64,000 nucleotides of DNA from a virus, in the IMG/VR virus record IMGVR_UViG_3300045988_160394, positions 32,001 to 96,000 of that record; one strand, given 5' to 3'. The number at the start of each line of letters is the position of its first letter. Within the stretch, counting starts at the first letter, position 1. Under the pieces are notes generated by a model, which saw only the letters and a list, made by a program, of their open reading frames with translations, did not search any database and was not told the origin of the DNA. This document shows positions 46,051-56,327 of the stretch, piece after piece. The position numbers and the translations under genes were made by a program.

Positions 46051-47312
46051 TGTTGAAAAATAGTATATATTTTGCAATAATTTATTTTTCATTCATATAG
46101 TAAATATATAAACAGAATTTATTATAAGAATGGAGAAATAATTTTATGAAAAAAACAGAATTTAATGAAACACAAATAAAAGATATAGTTGAAAGATATA
46201 AAAATGGAGAAGCTATTATGAACATTAGAAAAGATTATAATGTTAGTCATAGTACTATTAATAGAGTATTAAAAGAAAATAACGTTGCAATTAGAGGTAA
46301 TAGGAAACATTTTTATAACGAAGATATTTTAAAAAAAATAAATACAGCTGAAAAAGCTTATTGAATAGGATTTATTACAGCAGATGGTTATATTAATGAA
46401 GATAGAAATTTTATGAGAATAAAGCTTCAAGAAAAAGATAAAGATCATTTATATAAATTTATGAAATTTATCGGAGGAGATGAAGGTATGATAAAATATG
46501 AATTTCATAATATAACTGGTAATAAACAATGATATATAGAAGTTAGTGGTAAGACTTTTATTAAGTCGTTAGTAGAATTAGGAATAAGACAGAAAAAAAG
46601 TTCTAATGAGCAATGGTGTAATAAGATTCCAGAAAAATATATAAAAGATTATATAAGAGGAATAATAGATGGAGATGGGCATATATCTTTGGAAAATAAA
46701 AGATTTGACATATGTAATTCAGAATCGTTATTAATACAATTGCAAAATTTCCTAATAAAAGAATATAATACTTCAAAAACAAAAATATATGATCATTGTA
46801 ATACAAAAAGATTGTTTGTAACAGTTAATGCTACAGATATATTGTTTGATTTATATTATAAAAAGTGTGTATCATTAGATAGAAAATATAAAACTGTTAA
46901 AATATTAAAGCAATTAATAGAACTATAATTGCCGTGTATAAATAGGGTAAAATCGGTTCCGACAGCTTAAACAAAAAGATGGATGGTTTAAGTATGGTGG
47001 TATATAAAGAAGAGAGGCTTAATTGCTAATACCGAGGTAAAGATAAGTTTAAAACCTTATGCTCACCGTAACGCATAGACATTGAAACTTTATTAAATTA
47101 AAGAATATAATATGTCCAAGAGTGCCCTACACAGAATTGAAAAATATTCTCCTAGGTCAAGTAATAGCTTGATGTGAAAATGTATGCTAGGCTGGACTAG
47201 AATTAACTAGTCGATGAGGTTAGTTATTAACCAAATGAGTGAAAACTCCAGAGTCAGGTGTAGGAATAGACCTACTATTAATAGATAAAAAGCCCTGAGA
47301 TAATAACATTCG
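46051..47312 (+). mobile_element. group I-type intron in gyrA carrying a LAGLIDADG gene
   Basis: Exon 1 ends in U, insert ends in G, joining restores HPHG|DVSVYDTIVR in frame; about 385 nt ORF-free structured 3' part. Confidence 0.65.
46146..46928 (+). CDS. LAGLIDADG homing endonuclease with N-terminal HTH; two in-frame TGA (46362, 46530)
   Basis: AY-W-IGFITADGY and IRGIIDGDGH motifs. Confidence 0.8.
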
Positions 47313-49550
47313 GATGTATCTGTATATGATACTATAGTTAGAGCTTCTCAAAAGTGGAATATGAGATATCCAATCGTAGATATGCCATCAAATAATGGTT
47401 CTATAGATGGAGATGGAGCAGCTGCTATGAGATATACAGAATGTAGACTAACAGCTTATGGCGAAAAGTTATTAGAAGGTATAAATAAAGAAACAGTTGA
47501 TTTTAAACCTAACTATGATAACTCAGAAACAGAACCTGTTGAACTACCATGTATGCTACCTAACTTATTAGCTAATGGAGTAGAAGGTATAGCAGTTGGT
47601 ATGGCTGCGAATATACCTCCTCATAATTTAACAGAGCTATTAACAGCTGCTAGAAGAATAATAAGTGATGCTAAAGAAGAAAAAGAAACTTCTTTAGAAG
47701 ATTTAATGACTATAATAAAAGGACCAGATTTCCCTGGCGGTGGTATTATAGTTAACAAGAAAAATCTTAAAACAGCTTTTGCTACTGGTAAAGGTAGAAT
47801 AACTTTAAGAGGTAAAACTGATATAGTAGAAGATAAAAAAGGACATAAAACAATAAATATAACTGAAGTCCCTTATCAAGTTAAACCTATTGAATTAGTT
47901 AATAAAATATATACTCTTGCTAGAGATGGGAAAATAGAAGGTATTAAAGAAGTTGAAGATGAATCAGATAAGAACGGTATGTGTTTATCTGTAAAACTTA
48001 AAAAATCAGCTAATCCAACTTTAGTATTAAATAATTTATACAAGTTAACAGATTTACAAAAGAATATAAACTATAATATGAATGCATTAATAGGTGATAC
48101 TCCTGTTGATGTAACATTATTAGATTATTTAAATGAGTATTTATCTAACTCATTAAATATCTTATTAAGAAGAACTAACTTTGATCGTGATAAAGATATG
48201 AAAAGAATATCAAACTTAGAGGTTATATTCTTATATCTTGAAAACAAAGAAGATATAGTTGCAATAATTGCTTCATCAGATAATCCAGAAGAAGAATTAA
48301 AAGAAAAATATGAATTAGCTGATGAACAAATTAGCTTTTTATTAAATACTAGATTAGGTTCTTTAAAGAAAGCTAGTATTTCTAAATATCAAGAAGAATA
48401 TGACCAGTTAAATGAAAATGTAACTGAATATACAAAGATATTAGAAGATGAAGGATATGCTTTAGATGTTCTTTCTAAAGAATTATCTGAATTACAAGAA
48501 CAATTTGGAGATGAAAGAAGAACTCAAATTGAATTAGACGTTAATGGAGATATTGCAGAGGAAGATTTAATTCCAGATGAACCATTAGTTGTTACAATTA
48601 CATCTGATGGCTTAATAAAAGCTGTTGATGAAAAAGAATATAGTACTCAAAAGAGAGGTGGAAAAGGAACTAAAGCAGCATCTACTAAAGATGATGAAAT
48701 AGTAACTGATCTATTCTCTATTAATAGCAAAGATGATATCTTATTTATGACTGATAAAGGAAGATGTCATAAGTTAAAAGGATATTCTATACCTAAAGTA
48801 GGTAAGAATGCTAAAGGAAGACATATTAATAACTTTATTAAGTTAGAAGAAGGCGAAAATATAGTATCTGTTATGCCCGTAAAAATTAAAGATGAAGCAG
48901 AACATTCTATACTATTTGTAACAGCTTTAGGACAAATTAAGAGATTATCTATAAGCGAATTAGGTTCTAGATATACAGCTATTAAAGTTCTAAAGATAAA
49001 AGATGGAGATGGTCTTCAAACTTGTTTAAAAGTTAATGAAGGTCAAGATGTTATGCTTTGTACAGCAAAAGGTCAATCAATAAGATTTACTGTATCAACA
49101 GAAACTAAAAAGCCAATTAGACCTCAAGGAAGAACTGCTTCTGGAGTTATAGGTATAAAAGTAGCTGAAGATGACTATGTTATCGGAGCAACTATCATAG
49201 ATGATGAATCTAATATCTTAACTTTAACTAGCAATGGTTTAAGTAAGCAAACAAAAGGTGCTGCTTGGGAAGCTAAGCAAAGAGGTGGAAAAGGAATACT
49301 TTGTCATAAAATAACAGAGAAAACAGGAGACTTAGTTTCAGTATTATCTGTTAAAGAAGATGATGAATTATTTGTTGGAACTGAATCTGGTAAAATAATC
49401 AGATTAAAAGCTAATTCTATAGCAACTTCAGGAAGATCTGCTATAGGAAGTAAAGCTATTAAGTTAGATGAAGGTGATTATGCATTTACAGCATCTTTAG
49501 CTCCAGCTAACAATGAAGAAGTTGAATTAGAAACTACAGAAGAGGCGTAA
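47313..49550 (+). CDS. gyrA: type IIA topoisomerase subunit A, exon 2
   Basis: DVSVYDTIVRASQ..., GDGAAAMRYTE (catalytic Tyr), C-terminal beta-pinwheel repeats. Confidence 0.85.
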   Translation, partial: DVSVYDTIVRASQKWNMRYPIVDMPSNNGSIDGDGAAAMRYTECRLTAYGEKLLEGINKETVDFKPNYDNSETEPVELPCMLPNLLANGVEGIAVGMAANIPPHNLTELLTAARRIISDAKEEKETSLEDLMTIIKGPDFPGGGIIVNKKNLKTAFATGKGRITLRGKTDIVEDKKGHKTINITEVPYQVKPIELVNKIYTLARDGKIEGIKEVEDESDKNGMCLSVKLKKSANPTLVLNNLYKLTDLQKNINYNMNALIGDTPVDVTLLDYLNEYLSNSLNILLRRTNFDRDKDMKRISNLEVIFLYLENKEDIVAIIASSDNPEEELKEKYELADEQISFLLNTRLGSLKKASISKYQEEYDQLNENVTEYTKILEDEGYALDVLSKELSELQEQFGDERRTQIELDVNGDIAEEDLIPDEPLVVTITSDGLIKAVDEKEYSTQKRGGKGTKAASTKDDEIVTDLFSINSKDDILFMTDKGRCHKLKGYSIPKVGKNAKGRHINNFIKLEEGENIVSVMPVKIKDEAEHSILFVTALGQIKRLSISELGSRYTAIKVLKIKDGDGLQTCLKVNEGQDVMLCTAKGQSIRFTVSTETKKPIRPQGRTASGVIGIKVAEDDYVIGATIIDDESNILTLTSNGLSKQTKGAAWEAKQRGGKGILCHKITEKTGDLVSVLSVKEDDELFVGTESGKIIRLKANSIATSGRSAIGSKAIKLDEGDYAFTASLAPANNEEVELETTEEA

Positions 49551-49591
49551 AACCCTCTTCTTAATATATACACATGGGGGAGTGATATTAA

Positions 49592-50692
49592 GTGGTTAAG
49601 ATTAATAAGATGAGTCTAGAAATAGGAGACGTATTAGAAAAAATAATACCATTCTATGAAACTGATTTCGGCAATATGATTAATGCTAGAGAACTTCATG
49701 AAGCTTTAGGTGTTAAGAAGAAATATACTGATTGGATTAAATATTATACCAAAACATATAGTGGTTACAATTTTGGTACAAGTTCTGATTTACCTGAAAT
49801 AGTAGAAGAATATGATTATTTCTTATATGAAATACCTGCTGCTCAAAAGAAAGGTAAGAAAATAGAATACATGATTAGTATAGACATGGGTAAAGAATTA
49901 GCTATGATGTCTAGATGTGAAATGGGATCTGAAATAAGAAAATATTTTATTAATGCAGAAAAAGCATTAAGAAAAATGACTAATACTTTAGTAGATTCAG
50001 ATTTATCAGCAGAACAAAAGATAGCAGAAGCGTTAATACTTTCTCAACAAATACTAAATAAAACAACTCTTGATATTAAAAAAGCTAATAGAAATAGAGA
50101 TTATAACAAAAAAGTGAATGTTAAATTAAGAAGAGAAATTAAATCTCTTAAGAGAGAAATTAATGAACTTCTTGAAAATAAAGAAAATAATAATGGAACA
50201 ACTGTTGACAATTCTGATATAATAGAAGAAATGAATTATATGGAAGGTAATTTAGAAAGATTAGAAGAAGAAAATCTAAGATTAAAAACAAGATTAAACA
50301 ATATAATCAGTTTCAAAATTACTGGAAAGGCATTACTAGATTCTTTAGCTAATGCTGATATAACAAGAAGACAGAAGTTTGCATTTAATGAAGAAGGCAA
50401 AAAGAAAGCTAAAATAAAAGCATATGTATTTAGAAAAGATAGCATATTAAAATCAGGAATAGTAATTGGTGAAAATTCTAAAAAGAAATTCATTGATAAT
50501 ATTCATGTTAATGATATTCATATTGCTCTAAATAAATATGTAGAAGAATTAAAGAAGCTTGTTAGTGAAGAAGCTTTTGAAGAATATTTTGAAGCTATAG
50601 CTGACAGAGTTGCTGAGTATTCAAGAAGTGTAAGCATGGAAAAAGAAAATGATACAGAAACTTCTGATGAAAAAGAAGAAGTATTATTTTAA
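49592..50692 (+). CDS. AntA/Bro-type antirepressor-like N-terminal domain protein with coiled coil
   Basis: NARELHEALGVKKKYTDWIK resembles AntA domain. Confidence 0.5.
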   Translation: MVKINKMSLEIGDVLEKIIPFYETDFGNMINARELHEALGVKKKYTDWIKYYTKTYSGYNFGTSSDLPEIVEEYDYFLYEIPAAQKKGKKIEYMISIDMGKELAMMSRCEMGSEIRKYFINAEKALRKMTNTLVDSDLSAEQKIAEALILSQQILNKTTLDIKKANRNRDYNKKVNVKLRREIKSLKREINELLENKENNNGTTVDNSDIIEEMNYMEGNLERLEEENLRLKTRLNNIISFKITGKALLDSLANADITRRQKFAFNEEGKKKAKIKAYVFRKDSILKSGIVIGENSKKKFIDNIHVNDIHIALNKYVEELKKLVSEEAFEEYFEAIADRVAEYSRSVSMEKENDTETSDEKEEVLF

Positions 50693-50704
50693 AAGTTATT
50701 AACG

Positions 50705-50727
50705 AAGTAGGAAGAAACCTACTTTTT
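50705..50727 (+). terminator. intrinsic terminator
   Basis: aagtagg-loop-cctactt plus T-tract. Confidence 0.7.
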
Positions 50728-50766
50728 GTTTCTTCTTACTTTTTATATATATAAAGAGGTGAAAAA

Positions 50767-51093
50767 ATGTATACAGATACTCAACAGGCTATAAGAAATT
50801 CTCTATGGAACTTTATGGGCTCGTTATTAACTGCATCAATGTATGAAGATAAAAGAAATAAGGAAAGTGTAACAGCTGTCTTTTCTGAAGAGCTATGTAA
50901 GTTTTGTAAAGATGAGAATGACAAAATAGACATATTAGCAGCTAAACCTATTTTAAAATCATCTATATGGGTGTTGCAAAATAGAAAGGCAGAAATAGAA
51001 TCTCTACCTGTAAAATCAGAAGCTATTAATAAGACAATAGAAGAACTGGATAATTTAATAGCCTCTTTAGATATGTATGTTAATAAAATATAA
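50767..51093 (+). CDS. hypothetical protein
   Basis: ORF track; gaggtg RBS. Confidence 0.5.
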   Translation: MYTDTQQAIRNSLWNFMGSLLTASMYEDKRNKESVTAVFSEELCKFCKDENDKIDILAAKPILKSSIWVLQNRKAEIESLPVKSEAINKTIEELDNLIASLDMYVNKI

Positions 51094-51128
51094 CATGGAT
51101 ATTATAAGATTATAGGAGGAGTAATTGT

Positions 51129-51773
51129 ATGACAATGAGTTTAGCAGAGAAAAGAAAGAAAATGTCCCAAATGATGGGGAAAATAAATGATAAGGTAGGT
51201 AAACAAGTAATAGGATTTGCATCAGATCCTGTTATGAAAGATAGATTAACTATCCAATGGATACCTATGCCATCATTAAGAGTTAATGAAGTAACTGGTG
51301 GTGGAATACCTAAAGGTAAGATAAGTGTTGTAGCTGGTGATTCAGATTCAGGTAAAACATCTTTAATGTTAGAAACTATAGGGTTAAACATGAAGAATAA
51401 TCCTGACTTTATGGCTTTATGGTTAGAATCAGAAGAATCTCTAGAGTTAGAAGCTTTAGAAAATGTTTTTGGTATTGATTTAGATAGATTCGTAGTAATA
51501 TATCTAGATAGAGATGGAGCAGCAGAAGTAGCTTTAGATAGATTAGAAGCTGCTTTAGGTATGGGTGTATTCGATATGTGTGTAATAAACTCATTAAAAT
51601 GTTTAACACCATCTACTGAATTTGAAAAAGCTATGGGTGAAGCTACTATAGGTATACAAGCTAGAATGAATGGTAAACTTATGAGAAAGATGACTACGTT
51701 AATAGCAGAACACGGTTGTGCTTTTGTATTAATAAACCATCTTACTACTGAGATAGGTAAAATGCATGGAGAT
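51129..51773 (+). CDS. recA: RecA-family recombinase, exon 1
   Basis: Walker A GDSDSGKTS, LINHLTTEIGKMHGD then interruption. Confidence 0.75.
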
Positions 51774-52928
51774 TTTGCGTTAGCTGGATAATTAGTGATA
51801 TCTCATATAATAAGATATGAGGTGATAAAATTGAGATATAAATGGACTCAAAAAAAAGTAGATTTATTAAAAAAATATTATGAAGAAGGTTTAAGTAATA
51901 AAGAAATAGCTAATAAAATGGGTACTACTGTTCATAGTGTTTCTGGGAAAGCTAAAGAACTTAAATTGAGAAAAAATTTATCAAAAGTATATAATTTATT
52001 AACTGATAAAGAAAAAGAATATATAAAAGCCAATAGTTTAAAAAAATCTATCACTCAGATAGCAAAAGATCTGAATAGAGATAAAGAAACAATAAATAAG
52101 TATATTAAACAAAATAATTTAGTTACAAAATTTAATTTATTTGATCATTTAATGACTAATGAGGAATTTGTTAAAGATTTTAAAAATCCTTCATTATCAC
52201 ATGCTTTTTTAGGTAGAAAATATAATGTTACTGATTGAGTTATAAGAAAATGAAGGTTAGCAAACATAGGTAATTACAAACAAATGACAGATACTTATTT
52301 ATGTAAGTCAACTTCTGAATTAGAGGTTGAAAAAATATTAGAAGAATTAGATTTGGCTTATATTTATGAAAAGAAAATTCTTGATTGAAAAGTAGATTAT
52401 TACTTAGGCTTTAAAACTATAATAGAAGTTCAAGGTGATTACTGGCATAATCTTGATAAGGTAAAAGAAAAAGATAAACGTAAATTTAAAGAACTTCGAG
52501 ATAATGGATTTACTATTATAGAAATATGAGAAAGTGAATTATCAAATATAGATTTAATAAAAACTAAGATATTATCCAATTTTAGGGTCTCCCTTAAGGA
52601 GTAATTCTTAAGTAAAAAACTTGGTGAACTGTTTGCTTAACAGGTGTGCAATTAACGTTAAAGTAGCTATAGTAAATGATAGTTAATAATTGTGCTAACA
52701 GGGAACATTGCTAACGGCAATCCTGTGCCAAGACTTATTATCATGATAAGTAAGGTCAAGAGACTATCGAAAACAAATAATAAATATAACTCCTATAAGG
52801 AGAATAAGGTATTGTAGGATACACGAAGTGAGTAGAGTACGGTAGAGATAAGCACTACTGGAAGTGCCAAGTCCCTTATTAGTATTAAGGGTAAAGATAT
52901 AGTCCGACATCATAAAATAATTGTGATG
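51774..52928 (+). mobile_element. group I intron in recA carrying a Vsr-like endonuclease gene
   Basis: Exon ends U, intron ends G; 3' core contains aagatatagtccgac, closely resembling the conserved P7/P3 strand of group I introns; splice restores MHGD|LPLVLAGGRAIRY. Confidence 0.7.
51831..52604 (+). CDS. HTH plus Vsr/PD-(D/E)xK-like homing endonuclease; four in-frame TGA (52236, 52251, 52386, 52527)
   Basis: TTG 51831 behind gaggtg (alternative GTG 51795); C-terminal IIEVQGDYWHN...FTIIEI-W-ESEL. Confidence 0.7.
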
Positions 52929-53528
52929 TTGCCATTAGTTTTAGCTGGAGGTAGAGCTATAAGATATTCTTCTATGCTTACTTTAGATATAAGAAAAAGA
53001 TCTATTCAAGAAGCAGATCCTGTATCTAGAGATGAAGGTATGAAGATAGGAGTTACTATAAATAAAAATCACTGTAGACAAGATAGAATGCCTTATTTAA
53101 AAACAGAATATTTCGTTGTTTATGGACAAGGTACAGAACGTTCTATAGAAATAATAGAATTAGCTGAAAAGTGTGGTATTCTAACTAAAAAAGGTTCTTG
53201 GTATAGAGAATATTCAGGAGAAACTGATAGTAAAGGAAATCCTATAGAAAGAATTTTATCAGATGGAACTAAAGCTGCTTGGAATGGTATGAAAAATACT
53301 AGAGCATATATCTTAAGTCATCCAGAATATTTTGATTATCTAGTAAATAAAGTTGAAAACTTTGGTCAAATAGATGTCGAAACTCTATCAGAAGAAGAAA
53401 TTCAAAGATTAGAAGAAGAACATAAGTTAGAAGAAGCTTCAGCTAGTGAACAAGATATAACTCTTGATGATATAATACAAGATCCTGATACAACTGAAAC
53501 AAAAAAATCTACTAAGAAAAAGAAATAA
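52929..53528 (+). CDS. recA: RecA-family recombinase, exon 2
   Basis: LPLVLAGGRAIRYSSMLTLDIRKR... matches RecA L2 / following region. Confidence 0.75.
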   Translation: MPLVLAGGRAIRYSSMLTLDIRKRSIQEADPVSRDEGMKIGVTINKNHCRQDRMPYLKTEYFVVYGQGTERSIEIIELAEKCGILTKKGSWYREYSGETDSKGNPIERILSDGTKAAWNGMKNTRAYILSHPEYFDYLVNKVENFGQIDVETLSEEEIQRLEEEHKLEEASASEQDITLDDIIQDPDTTETKKSTKKKK

Positions 53529-53582
53529 TATATAGGTGGTTTAATAGCCACCTATTATAATTACTTTTAAGGAGGAGATAGT

Positions 53583-54233
53583 ATGAGTTGTGAATTTGGG
53601 TATACAGATTGTAAAAATGAAGGAAAAAGATGTGATTTGTGTTTTGATGCATCAAATTATGTCCCTGCTAAACCTAAAACTCAAGGACTAAGAAAGAGAA
53701 ATACAGAAAAAGCAACTGGTAGAATGGGAGAATATTTCGAAAGAAATAATAATAAGGCTGTTAAAAATAATATTCAATCAGTTGTAACTAGTATGACACC
53801 TAACTCAGGAGCGGGTAAGGTTAAAGGTGATCAACAGATCACTGGTATGATTAGGATAATGGAAGAATTAAAGACTCAAGATCCTCACCGTGCAAGAGGT
53901 CATAATCAATTTACTATTCAACGTAAATGGTTAGATAAATTAGATAGAGAAGCTCCTGTTGAAAATATGGAATTCTGGTATCTAAAGTTTGCTTTTTGTG
54001 ATACAGATAGTAATCATTATATAGTCTTTGACGCAGATCAAATGAGAGATATGGTTGCTACTTTAATACACGACAGAAAGAAAGTAAATGATGCTGATGC
54101 TAAAGTAAAAGTAGCAGATACTAGAAGAGTATTAGCAGAAGCAGAATCAACAAAACTATTTGCAGAAGTTGAATACTTAAAAGCTATTTTAAACAAAGAA
54201 GGAATTGAGTACGATGATTATTCAGGACACTAA
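53583..54233 (+). CDS. putative PD-(D/E)xK nuclease (Holliday-junction-resolvase-like)
   Basis: SGAGKVKGD...IMEELK arrangement; weak. Confidence 0.4.
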   Translation: MSCEFGYTDCKNEGKRCDLCFDASNYVPAKPKTQGLRKRNTEKATGRMGEYFERNNNKAVKNNIQSVVTSMTPNSGAGKVKGDQQITGMIRIMEELKTQDPHRARGHNQFTIQRKWLDKLDREAPVENMEFWYLKFAFCDTDSNHYIVFDADQMRDMVATLIHDRKKVNDADAKVKVADTRRVLAEAESTKLFAEVEYLKAILNKEGIEYDDYSGH

Positions 54234-54933
54234 TTTACAAGAAAAAATATCTAAATCTATTTTAAAATATGAAGAGGTTTTTGGAGGCAAATATAAGATG
54301 GAACAAAAATATTTGTTGACTGGGAATAGCGTTTTAAATGAAATGCTACATGGTGGTTATAAAAAAGGTACTAGCACTGAAATAAGTGGTATGAGTGATA
54401 CAGGTAAAACTTTTTTAGCTATTAAAGCTATATTAGAAGCTCAAAAAGAAAATAAGATGACTATTTATATAGATACTACTTTAAAATTAACAAATGATGT
54501 TCTAACTGATAATAATATAGATCCAGATGGTGTAATTATTATTAGATCAAATAAAGCTGATAGTTTAGGACCTACACTTAAATCTATAATTGAACCTTAT
54601 TCTGATGAAATAGGCTTAATAATTATAGATGATTTAGCAGGCTTAACAACTTCTTATGAACAAGAATCTTCTATTAAAAAGAATACTGATATTCATAGAA
54701 GCAAAGTTGTAAAATCTTTATTGATGAGAATAAGCAATCTTATTAGAAATACTGAAATAACTTGTTTAGTAATTAATCAAGAAAGAAGCAATTTTGATAA
54801 CGAAGATATAGAAGTAGTATCTTCTTTTGAAAAATGAATTCAAATGTGTTGTGACACTAGAATCAAGCTTGTTATTGATGAAGATGGAGATGCTTGTGTA
54901 GATGTTAAATTTAAAGAAAAGAGGTTAAAGTAA
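54214..54933 (+). CDS. RecA/RadA/KaiC-like ATPase paralogue; in-frame TGA at 54835
   Basis: Walker A GMSDTGKTF, Walker B LIIIDDL; continues past TGA to TAA 54931. Confidence 0.6.
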
Positions 54934-55145
54934 TGCCAGAAAAATATAGAGGTAGAAAATCTATAACCTTTGAAGTTTTAAGAAATATTTTAAGAATATC
55001 AGAAAATGACAACATAGAAATAATAGATGTAATTAGAACTGATGAAGATAGAACAAGAGATACTTTTTCAGTTCTTTTATCATCTAATGGGGAAACAGAA
55101 TACACTAAAAGAGTTAGAGAAGGTTGTAGGTTTCCTGAAGTTTAA
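54933..55145 (+). CDS. hypothetical protein
   Basis: ORF track, ATG overlaps previous stop. Confidence 0.45.
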   Translation: MPEKYRGRKSITFEVLRNILRISENDNIEIIDVIRTDEDRTRDTFSVLLSSNGETEYTKRVREGCRFPEV

Positions 55146-55163
55146 TAAAAAGGGGGATTTTAT

Positions 55164-55760
55164 ATGTATCACAAAATATACTTTAAACATGGTACTATGT
55201 TCAGTGGTAAAAGCCTTAATTTAATTTCAACTGCTAAAACATATGAATATAACAAAAATAATGTTCTTATAATTAAACCTGTTAAAGACACTAGAGATCC
55301 TGGAGTAATTAAATCAAGAATGTCTAATGAAGAATTAGATTGTATAACTATAAAAGAATCTGATTGCAAGAATATTGTATCTATTATAGAATCTTATCCA
55401 AAGAAAATAGATGTTATTTTAATAGATGAAGTTCAATTCTTTCCTGTAGAAGGAATAGATGAACTTGTAAATGTATCTAAAATAGCACCAGTAATTTGTT
55501 ATGGATTAAAGACAAGCTATACAGGAGAATTATTCCCTTCAGTTGCAAAATTATTAGCTATTGCAGAAGACGTTCAAGAGATAAAAACTGTATGTAGACA
55601 TTGTAGCAAGAAAGCTACGCATAATCTTTTACTACGAAATTGTAAGCCAATTTATAATGGCGATATGATTAACGTAGAAGGAGAAAATGTTAATGAAGAA
55701 TATCAACAGGTTTGTAGATATCATTTCTATAATCCAGTGTTAGGAGCTAATAATGATTAA
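55164..55760 (+). CDS. tdk: thymidine kinase
   Basis: GTMFSGKS P-loop, LIDEVQFF, CxxC...C zinc site. Confidence 0.85.
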   Translation: MYHKIYFKHGTMFSGKSLNLISTAKTYEYNKNNVLIIKPVKDTRDPGVIKSRMSNEELDCITIKESDCKNIVSIIESYPKKIDVILIDEVQFFPVEGIDELVNVSKIAPVICYGLKTSYTGELFPSVAKLLAIAEDVQEIKTVCRHCSKKATHNLLLRNCKPIYNGDMINVEGENVNEEYQQVCRYHFYNPVLGANND

Positions 55761-56013
55761 GATATATATAAGATATTTTGTTGATAAGAAATGTGTAGTA
55801 GATAAAATTACTCTAGAAGATAAAATATTGACAGAGTATGATATTAAAAAAGGTTGTATAGATTTTTCTCCATTTGAACCTTATTCAGGAGAAGAATGTC
55901 TTGTTATTAAAACATTTATGAAAGAAGACGGTTATATGGAAGTAAAAGAAGAAACTTTAAAGACAATTTACAAACAGAAAAATGGTATAAATTATTTATA
56001 TTTTAATAAATAG
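55753..56013 (+). CDS. hypothetical protein
   Basis: ORF track. Confidence 0.5.
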   Translation: MIKIYIRYFVDKKCVVDKITLEDKILTEYDIKKGCIDFSPFEPYSGEECLVIKTFMKEDGYMEVKEETLKTIYKQKNGINYLYFNK

Positions 56014-56021
56014 GAGGAATT

Positions 56022-56327
56022 ATGATGGAAATAGGAATGGATTTTAGCGAAGCTTTATTATGTTTAAAACAAGAAAAGAAAATGGCAAGATACAGTTGGA
56101 ATGGTAAAGGACAATGGGTTGTCATGATGCCAGGACTATATTTAGAAGCAGGATTATGTAATGGTAGGACTAGAAAACATTTAGGAGATAATGTGCCATT
56201 AGATTCTCAACCATACTTTGTTCTAAAAAATGCACAAGATAAATGGCAACCAGGATGGGTACCAAGTACTGGTGATTTGTTAGCAAATGATTGGTACGAA
56301 GTTAAAGGAGAGAATAATAATGATTAA
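56022..56327 (+). CDS. DUF2829 (Tad2-like) protein
   Basis: FSEALLCLKQEKKMARYSWNGKG...DLLANDWYEV. Confidence 0.7.
   Translation: MMEIGMDFSEALLCLKQEKKMARYSWNGKGQWVVMMPGLYLEAGLCNGRTRKHLGDNVPLDSQPYFVLKNAQDKWQPGWVPSTGDLLANDWYEVKGENNND

Noticed and set aside
45817-53528. gyrA and recA as frameshifted or decayed pseudogenes
   Set aside because: In both genes the conserved motif resumes in frame exactly after an insert that follows a U, ends in G and carries a homing endonuclease gene. The exon sequences show no other lesions.
55042-55224. + strand ORF overlapping the 54933..55145 and tdk genes
   Set aside because: It lies out of frame within two better-supported genes, has no RBS and has a compositionally odd translation.
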